NCBI GenBank assembly: GCA_001275005.1
Contig: JWZX01001576.1
Coordinates: 1 to 36,285 of the forward strand
Direction of reading: 5' to 3'
DNA: 36,285 bases
DNA from: Chrysochromulina tobinii
Lineage: Eukaryota
Part shown: positions 22,560 through 31,236 of the stretch, one piece after another
Numbering within the stretch: the first letter of the stretch is position 1
Layout of the letters: every line of letters begins with the position of its first letter
Made by a program: the position numbers and the translations under genes
Notes under the pieces: generated by a model
Seen by the model: the letters and a program-made list of their open reading frames with translations, nothing else
Told to the model about the DNA's origin: nothing
Database searches by the model: none

Positions 22560-23941
22560 TCAACACTCATCAAGCTCATCCATGCGTACCACCGAGACAG
22601 CACGCGCTCTTCGCTCGGCCGCTGCCACGTCGAGATTTACCACCGACGGCACGCTCGGCCGCTGCCGCGTCGAGATTTGAGCAAACGAGCGCTCTGCCGC
22701 AGCCGCGGGCGACTGGGCGCTGCTGGAATCGTCAGGGAGAGGCTCGTCCACCGTTCGCCAGGCGAGGTCACAGCATAAAGAGACGTGGTCGCTGGGGAAC
22801 TCGGCGGATGGAATCGCCACATCGCGGATCAGTTCCTCCGACGGCGGGATCGGCGCCGTGCCCAGGACATCCAGCTGGGCTGCGTCCGCACAAATCCAAT
22901 CCAACGCATTCAGGTACGCTCGCGTGGCGTGAGTCGGCTGAGTGTGGAGCCCGTAGGCGCTCCGTAGCCTCCACGGCTGGCTGAGCTGCGCTCCCGCGCT
23001 CGCCTGGGCCAGCCTCGCTTGCAACTCCTCCTTCGCCTTCTCGGACGGTGGCGCGCCTTGCGTGTGCTCGCGCGCGAACTCGTCGCTCAGTCGAGCGACC
23101 TGCTCCCGCAGAGACGCCGCCGCTTCCTCGAGCTGCACGCCCAGCTCGCCGAGCTGCACCGCCGCCGCCTTGACCACCGCATCGCGATCGCGCTCCAAGG
23201 CGCCGCGTGGCAGCCCGAGCTGCAAGCTGATCTCTTCGGCGGCGAGCACGGGAGAGTCGAGCAGCGTGCGCCCAGCCTCCACTTCGGCGGCTAGGCGGGC
23301 GGCCCACGCGGTCTCCGCCGCCGCAGCCCCCGGCCCGTCTACGTGCAGGCTGACTTCCCTCGGCACATCGCGTGACAGTCGCACGCACTTGATGGCTCGA
23401 CGCAGCCTCTGAAAGCGCAAGGCCAGCTCCTTGGCACCTTGGAGGGACACCTGAGCCGGCCCCACTGGCGGCGGTGGCTGCTCGGCAGCGCCGCTAAGCT
23501 CGAGTGCTGGCGTGGGCAGGCTGAGGGCAGCCGGTCGCCGCCCGACAGCATCGACAGCTCGACGCTCTGCGGCAACGACGAAGCTCGAGGGCGAGGGAGT
23601 TGTGACGAAGCTCGAGGGCGAGGGAGGTGTGACGAAGCTCGATGGCGAGGGAGGCGTCCTTGTGGACGGTGGCACCGGCGACGCGGCTGCCGTCGGCCTC
23701 GGTGCGTCGGCTGGGCCATCCGCGGCTCGTCGGATCGTCGGCTCGTTCAAGCGGCCGAGGGCCGCACGCTTCGCGTCGTACTCCAGGCCTAGGGAGGAGG
23801 ACCACATGAGAGCGCCGTGCAACCAATCTGGATCGTCGGGACCCACGCATCCTGCCGTGAGCAGGCGCAGCACCGCATCAGTCGCGTCGCTGTTGAGGTC
23901 GCCAGCTACGATGAGCGCCGTCGGGGGCGCCGCTGCTGCTG

Positions 23942-23973
<32 letters not shown>

Positions 23974-25397
23974 TCGCCCGCCGTGGGCGTGGAGGCCTGC
24001 ACAGCGAGCCACTCGCGGGCGTGCCACAGCAGGTGAGCCGTCTGCATGACCCGCACGTGAACCGCGGGGTTGGCAAAGTACAGGTGCGTGTTGGCGACGA
24101 GGAGCCGTCGGCCGTTAGCTCGTGACTTGAGCAGCACGAGCTGACCCACCGTGGGCAGTGAGCGCATGCCCTCCGCTGTGAGCGGCTGCGCCCTGAGCAG
24201 CGCGCCGAGCTCCGGCGGCGCGTTCGTCGCGCAGTCGAGGGCGACAACGCGCGACTCTAGCACGTCAAAGGCGCTCTCACGCACAAACAGAGCGACGCCT
24301 TCGCTAGAGCTCTCGCCGCGCTTGAGCGCAAAGTGGCCTGCAAAGCCCGCCGCGCCCATGTGCGGCTGCCAGAGCGTCTCGAACCAGTCCTTGTCCACCT
24401 CCTGCAAGCACACGACGTCAGCGTCAAAGTGGCGCACTTCATCGATGAGCCTCGGCATCCGATGCGCGCCTCGGGTGAGAGAAGGGCTGCAATAGGAATG
24501 AACCGAGCCGGGCTCATCCCAGTGGCGCGAGTACGTGGCGGCCATCAAATTGTAGCTCAGCAGTCGGAAGCCCTCCCGCGCGCTCGAAGCTCTGCCGGCA
24601 CGCGCCGCATCCAGTGCCGCCACGCGCTCACGGAGCAGTCGGCGCACAGGCGGCCTCTCCACTCGGCCGACCGCCTCCGCCACCCTACCGAGCACGGCGG
24701 CCGCGCTGGCGGCCATCGCCTCGGACTCTTGGGGGCTCAGCTTGGGGATGAACTTCGGAGCGGGTGGCTCGGCACGCACGCGCAGCACGGCGCCCACGTC
24801 TGCGTCGGTTGGCATGTATGATCGTGCAGTGCAGACCACCACTGATTCCCCGGCGTCGTCGTGTCGCGTCCACACGAAGGTGCACTGATCGGCATCGCAG
24901 TTCAGGGTAGCAACAAATGGCAGCAACGGGATGCCGATCAGCGGCGCGGCCGTCAGGGAAAGCGCCTCAATTTCCGGTGGGTCGAAATGCACCGGTCGGC
25001 GTTCGGCGCCAATATCTAACCATGCAGCGCTTGCCCATGCCTGTTGCACGGGCGTGCTTGATAGAATGAGTTCGCCTTCGGCATTCGAGAGCGAGCAATC
25101 AGCCGTGGTCTCGCCGGCAGGGTCTTGCTTGGCCGCCTTGGCAGCCTTTTTGCTGACCGTTGCCGTGATCTCGCCGGCAGGGTCTTGCTTGGCCGCCTTG
25201 GCAGCCTTTTTGCTGACCGTTGCCGCACTCAGCCTATTGAGGCTCCGATCGAGATTTTCCGTCAGCGGCCGAAGAAGCGTGCGTGGTGCGCTGGCTCCCC
25301 TGGGCCAGAAGGTGATCTGCAGCTGGCTCTGCGTGCTCCTTACCACCACAGGAGACATGGCGGCGGCGGTGGCGATGGGAATGATTCGGAAATTCAT
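22560..25397 (-). CDS. PDE12: PDE12/CCR4-like EEP-family phosphodiesterase/deadenylase
   Basis: Motifs LLSYNL, VCLQEVD, NTHLYF, AGDLNS, LDWI and PSDH. PDE12-type N-terminal region (R...ENLDRSLNRL; YMPTDADVGAVLRV). First ATG at 25397. Confidence 0.85.
25106..25225 (-). repeat. 60-bp coding tandem duplication (ATVSKKAAKAAKQDPAGE x2)
   Basis: Near-perfect direct repeat. Confidence 0.9.
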
Positions 25398-25589
25398 GGT
25401 CAAGCATGAAGTTCATAGCCAAACAGGTCCTGAGAATAGCAAAAATAGGCAAGAGTGACATCGAGGTGCTCAGGATTGCCCCGTTTATCTGTAGAGTTCG
25501 AAGCGAGAACTGATGAGGTTGCGGCTCGCGGCTGAGCTCGCTCGCTCTCATCGCCGCGTCGCGGCGTGTGCTGAACCGACGACGCAAGC
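25398..25589. promoter_or_regulatory. Short divergent intergenic region, probable bidirectional promoter for PDE12-like and Cdc48
   Basis: Head-to-head ATGs about 190 bp apart; locally AT-richer sequence. Confidence 0.45.
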
Positions 25590-28402
25590 ATGGCTCGCTT
25601 GAGCCTGCTGCTGCTGCTATTGGCGCACGTGGGCCGCACGGCTGCCAAAGGAGCCGCTGCTGCACACTCGAGGCCCGCCGTGAGCATCACATCTGCTTGC
25701 GCCATCCCGGATGGGTCAACCGCCGCTGCCACGCCGCTCGCTTTGAGGAGGCTACGCGCCTTGCGAGGTGGCAACACGGAGACGGCTACGACACGGGCTC
25801 GGGCGAGGCCCGAGGACGACGCGCCGATCGGACGCATGCGCCTGGTCGTGGCGACGGGTCGCGCCAACGATCCCTCTGTCGTCGAGATCAGCAAGGCGGA
25901 CGCTAAGGCGATGGCGCTTGAGGAGGGCGCGCACGTGACGCTGCGCGGGCGCAAGCAGCGGCGGACGACATGCGTCGTGCTGGTGTCGGACGAGCTCAAG
26001 GCCGGCGAGGCCCGCCTCTCGCAGACGTCTCTGAACGCAGTCCGGCTCGCCGACGGGCAGGACGTCATCGTCGCACCAGAGCCCAATCTCGCCGAGGCGG
26101 AGCGTGTGCTGCTGCTGCCCTTCAAGGCGTCGCTGACGGCGGCGGATGTGGACAGCGAGAAGGCCTTCGAGCTTGGCCTCGCACCTTACCTCAAGGGCCA
26201 GGACAGGCCGCTCACAGTCGGCGACATCATCGAGACGCCCCTGCCCGACTCTGGCGCGATTGTGCGCTGGAAGGTGCTCGAGCTCGAGCCTCCTGCGACG
26301 AACCCGATCGAGGCGGCGAGGGGCACGGTGGGTGCAGAGACGCTGGTCTTTGCCGAGGGCGAGCCGCTCGAGGAGAAGGACGACCTGTCCGGCGATGACG
26401 ACATCATCGGGTACGACGACATCGGCGGCCTCGACAAACAGCTCTCGATGTTGCGCGAGCTCGTCGACCTGCCGCTGCTCCATCCGGTCGTCTTCGACGA
26501 GATCGGCGTGCGCCCTCCCCGCGGTGTGCTGCTCGTAGGGCCGCCGGGGAGCGGCAAGACGATGGTGGCGCGGGCGGTCAAGTCCGAGACGGGCGTGCAC
26601 TTCCAGACCGTCAACGGCCCCGAGGTCATGTCGAAGCGCAGCGGCGAGAGCGAGGCGGGACTACGCAAGATCTTCGCGGACGCCGAGGCGAACTCGCCCG
26701 CCATCATCTTCATTGACGAGATCGATGCGATCGCCCCCAAGCGCGAGAAGGCGCAGGGCGAAATGGAGCGGCGCATCGTCTCGCAGCTGCTCACCCTCAT
26801 GGACGGAATCAAGCCCACCAGCCACGTCATCGTGATCGGAGCAACCAACCGCCCCTCCATCCTCGACTCGGCGCTGCGCCGCTTTGGCCGCTTCGACCGT
26901 GAGATCGACCTGGGCATCCCGGATGCGGCCGGTCGGCTGCAGATCCTGACGAAGAAAGCGAAGGGGATGCGCTTCTCGGCCGAGGTCGACCTCGTCCACA
27001 TTGCCGACGACACGCACGGCTACGCAGGCGCCGACCTCTCGCAGCTCGTCACCGAGGCGGCGATGCAGTGCGTGCGCGAGCGCGCGGGCGACATCGACGT
27101 GGACGCGGAAGATGTGGACCCGGAGGTGCTCAACGCACTCATGATCACGCCAGACCACATCAAGTTCGCCATGGACAAGACGGCGCCCTCGTCACTGCGC
27201 GACAAGGCCGTCGAGATCCCCGATTGCTCGTGGGAGGATGTGGGTGGGTTGCTTGACGTCAAGCGCGAGATGACGGAGACGCTCATGTACCCGCTCAAGT
27301 ACGGGCCCAAGTACAAGCGCTTCGGGATGCAGCCCTCCAAGGGGGTGTTGCTCTACGGCCCCTCGGGCTGCGGCAAGACGCTCGTGGCCAAGGCCATTGC
27401 CAACGAGGTGCAATCCAACTTCATCAGCGTCAAGGGGCCGGAGCTGCTCTCGATGTGGTTCGGCGAGTCGGAATCAAACGTGCGCGAGCTCTTCGACAAG
27501 GCGCGCGGCGCGGCGCCGTGCATCCTCTTCTTCGACGAGATCGACTCGATCGCCAAGCCGCGTGGCTCTGGCGGCGCCGGCGGCTCCGATTCGGGTGACC
27601 GCATCGTCAACCAGATCCTCACGGAGATCGACGGCGTTGGCTCCAAGGGATCGGTGCGCGCGTGCACGCCTCGCCAGACGCCCTGCATGCCTCGCGCCCA
27701 CCCACGCTGCCGGCCCGGCCTGGCCGCTAGCTGCCGCGGGGATGTCGAGGACGAGCAACCCAATCCATGTCCAACACCGAGCGCGTCTGTGAGGACCGCT
27801 ATTGTACCATCAAATGCCGAGGCGTCCCACGCAGGCCCTAACCCTAACCCTCAGGCAGAGGAGCCGAGGCTTCCGAAACTGCCGCGAGGCCGCTCCGAGG
27901 CCGAGGCCCTCCTCTCTTGCCTTGGCGTTCGCCCCTCTCGCGCCCGCCGACCCCCTCATGACCGCGCCCTTCGTCGCCCGCTCGGCAGGTGTTCATCATC
28001 GCGGCGACCAATCGACCCGATATGCTCGACTCGGCGGTCATGCGCCCCGGCCGGCTCGACCAGCTCGTGTACCTGCCGCTTCCCGACCTCGAGTGCCGTC
28101 GCGCCATCTTCGGCGCCGCCACTCGCAAGTCACCGCTCGCCGCCGACATCTCGCTGGACGACTTCGCCGCACGCACAGAGGGCTACTCGGGCGCCGACAT
28201 CACCGAGCTGTGCCAGCGCGCATGCAAGCTAGCCATCCGGCAGCACATTGCCGACGCCAGCGCAGGCGCGCCCGAGGACCAGCGCTGCACCATCATCACC
28301 TCGGCCCACTTCGAGGAGGCCTTCAGCAAAGCTCGCAAGTCGGTCACTGCCGCGGATGTCAAAAAGTTTGAGACCTTCCAGGCATCGATGCGCGCTCGCT
28401 GA
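25590..28402 (+). CDS. CDC48: Cdc48/p97 AAA+ ATPase with bipartite leader (probable periplastidal SELMA sCdc48); exons 25590-27653, 27989-28402; 825 aa
   Basis: N-domain, D1 (GPPGSGKT, IFIDEID, ALRRFGRFDRE) and D2 (GPSGCGKT, FFDEID, MRPGRLDQ). Splicing restores GSKGS|VFIIAATNRPD. N-terminal signal-like MARLSLLLLLLAH plus a basic leader containing LRGG; no C-terminal HbYX tail. Confidence 0.93.
27654..27988 (+). other. Spliceosomal intron of CDC48 (335 nt)
   Basis: GTGCGC...GGCAG, phase 0. Contains CCCTAACCCTAACCCT at 27836-27851. Confidence 0.92.
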
Positions 28403-29081
28403 TGGGCGGGCCTAGCGCCGTGCGCCCCTCACAGGTGCGATCGAAAACGTGGGACAAGGGGACAAGGGCCTTGGTTCCAAGGGGGAGCCGGGGGGGGCAC
28501 GCAGCCCACAATTCCCGAGGCCGGGTGTGATGCATACCCGTGTGAGCCAATAAGCCGTGAGCTCCCGTACAGTGTGCCCTTCAAGCTATGTGTGTTTGGA
28601 CGAGTATAACACAATGTGCGGAAAGGCCAAAGAAGCGGTTCACACGGCATTGGCAAACGGGGTCCGGTCGCGATCGCGCGTCGCGGGCGCGCCGACACGC
28701 GATCGCGCGGTCGCGGGCCGCGCCGACCGCGCGTCGTCGGGCCGCGCGCGGGGCCGATTAGTTCGGCGCGGCCAGGATCGACGGAGGATGTGCTTGGTCC
28801 GTGCTCGTGTAGGAAGCGGTCTGCGCTCGTGCGGTGTGCGAATACCACAGTGAGCCTTCAATGCGCCCGTCGATGCGCCCGGCCATTCACGACCGACACC
28901 CTGGGTGCTGCAGCCTACCGAAAAGCCTACTACACTCACCACTTGGAGTGCGCGCCATGTATATCCCCGAAGGACCATCCTCAGCCCTGGATTCAAGACG
29001 GTCTCAAAGGTGACTCTCGGGCGGCCGCCAGCCCCTGTCGCCTCCGTTGGCCGCGCACCTGTCGCGGCAGGGGGGTCGCCG

Positions 29082-29242
29082 CACTGAGTTCAAAATCAGG
29101 TGGTGGGGATAGTGTCTTAGTGTGTGAATCCAGAAAGAATACCCTCCCCTACCCCTTTGGGTCAACCACTGAGTTCAAAATCAGGTGGTGGGGATAGTGT
29201 GTGAATCCAGAAAGAATACCCTCCCCTACCCCTTTGGGTCAA
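29082..29242. repeat. Intergenic direct repeat, 2 copies (84 and 76 bp)
   Basis: cactgagttcaaaatcagg...ctttgggtcaa at 29082-29165 and 29167-29242. The first copy has 8 extra nt (cttagtgt). Confidence 0.92.
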
Positions 29243-29537
29243 GCGCGGTGTTTCTGACGTGCTGTCTGCTGAAGGGCTGTCGCTCCCCGCCCGGCCCCGC
29301 TGTGGAGTTACGTAGTTTGTGAATAAAATTATACCGCCGGTAGGTTCGAGGAGCAGCTAGCCCTTGGCATATATGTCCAGAGCAGTGTGATGCACCTGGT
29401 CCAAGTCGCAAGTGTGGCGTGCTTCATATGATTTACAGCCTTAGAAGGGACCCTGGAACGCCTGGTTCCCTTCCACCCTTGACCTTCCACCCACTTGTGG
29501 CCTCAGCCTCGACAAGGTTCGTCCCCAAAGCCGAACG

Positions 29538-29594
29538 GCGCTCAAGACGACGCTCAACATGACGCTCAGAACGACGCTCAGAACGACGCTCAGA
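29538..29594. repeat. 12-bp tandem repeat (gacgctcagaac-like) at the bestrophin stop and 3' UTR
   Basis: About five imperfect copies. Confidence 0.8.
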
Positions 29595-31236
29595 ACAGTC
29601 CTTCGATCGCGGCCATCTCGGCTGGGGGTGCCGAGATCGCCTCCTGGAGATTGGCCATGATGATGTTGCACAGTGCCGTCATCGGCACGATCTCGAACGG
29701 CTGCTCCACCTGTGGGGAAGGGGAGCGCCGTGGTGAGCACTTGCATGCCGGGCGAGATCTCGAACGGCTGCTCCACCCACCTGGACACCCACTTCCTCGA
29801 TGCCCACGAAGATGTACACAATCAACGAGACCCAGAGGGCAATTGAGATCGGCGACATCGCGCCCGCGAGCACGAAGGGCAAGGTCGCGATCCACAGCAC
29901 GAGGCTGCGCACCTGCATGCAATGAGGGAGGCCATCAGTGGCAATCGGTGGCACTCGGTGGCACTCGGTGGCACTCGGTGGCAATCAGTTAGCAATCGGT
30001 GGCAATCAGTGGCCATCACAGCACGAGGCGGCGCACCACGTGACGCGACATGGTGGGCGGCACAGGCGACGAGAAGAGGCGCTCGCAGCCGCCCACGACC
30101 AGATTCAGATCCTCCAGATTCTGCTCCAGCTTCCGGTGCAGGTGGGCGGGTAAGTTCCCCGAACGAAATTGGCGATACAAGTTTCGGCGCAGCGCGCCCA
30201 GCAGCACGAGAGGTCGAGAACGCTGTTGGGACATCCACTCCGCCTCGGCCTTCGGGAGCAGTATGGAGAGCACGTTGTCCGAGTACACATCCGTATTTCG
30301 GATCGACGATGGTCCCGTCAGCTTCGCGTTCAGCTCCCAGCACCACGCTCCGAGGTACCTGATGAGGGATGCAATCAGCATGCAATCAGCATGCAATCAG
30401 TAGGCAATCAGCATGCAATCAGCATGCAATCAGCATGCAATCAGCATGCAATCAGCATGCAATCAGCTTCGCGTTCAGCTCGCAGCTCCACGCTCCGAGA
30501 CAGCGACACGTATCGCTGCGCCTGATGAGGGAGGCAATCAGCATGCAATCCGATACCGACACGTGTCCGCTGCGGCGCGCTTGGCTTCGGTCGGGCACGG
30601 CACGTCCGGATCAAAGAGCAGGGCCGTGGCGGCGTTCTGAGCGATCTCGCGGCACAAAAAGACGGCTCGGCCCCACAGCAGGCGTGCCTCGCTGAGTCGC
30701 TGGTACGTGTTGTTCGTCCGGAAGACGAGAAGCAGGCCAATCGCCGACCCGATCAGACCGTGAGGACCCGCCGCTGTGCGAGGAAGCCAGCGCGTCGGCA
30801 GTGACGCGACGAGGAACGCCCATGCCGATGCCGCGAGCATGATGGGCCAGAGTGCGGTCAGGATCGTCGAGTGGCGCCACGTGCGGATCGCCGCAAACCA
30901 GCGTCGGAAAGGCGGCCTGCCCGTGTACTGCTTCCACGTCTTGTGGTCAAAGAGCCGCGTATATGAAGGCTCGCCCGAAATGATGCCCGACACCTTGTAC
31001 ACAGGATTGAGACCGGCTGCACGCCACAGGCTCATCTGCACCTCAGGCGACTGATCCGATGGGCGGAGCGCGCGCACAGCTGCAAGCTGCGCTGAAAGCT
31101 CCTCCAGCACTGGGCGGACGGTGGTGGTTGCCAGAGGCGTGCCGCATCTTTGGATGGGTCGGACGATATTCATTCGGCCTCTCGGAGGCGAGACCACGAG
31201 CGCGCACATGCACAGGCCCATGGTGGTGACGATCAT
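29590..31236 (-). CDS. Bestrophin-like anion channel (UPF0187/VCCN1/BST type), probably plastid-targeted; exons 31236-30557, 30358-30037, 29912-29781, 29709-29590; 417 aa
   Basis: LLLVFRTNNTYQR..EARLLWG, GGCERLFSSPVP..MSRH and GIEEVGVQVEQPF are restored by three phase-compatible GT-AG introns (30556-30359, 30036-29913, 29780-29710). Hydrophobic start followed by a basic transit-like leader. Confidence 0.9.

Noticed and set aside
27654..28232. 880-aa read-through version of Cdc48
   Set aside because: Similarity breaks at a GT donor and resumes in another frame after CAG; this is an intron.
29082..29242. Direct repeat as CRISPR or LTR pair
   Set aside because: Only two abutting copies, with no spacer or internal domain.
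30361..30470. (GCAATCAGCAT)n array and the MQSACNQHAIS ORFs as a CRISPR array or repeat protein
   Set aside because: No unique spacers and no cas genes; it is an intronic microsatellite.
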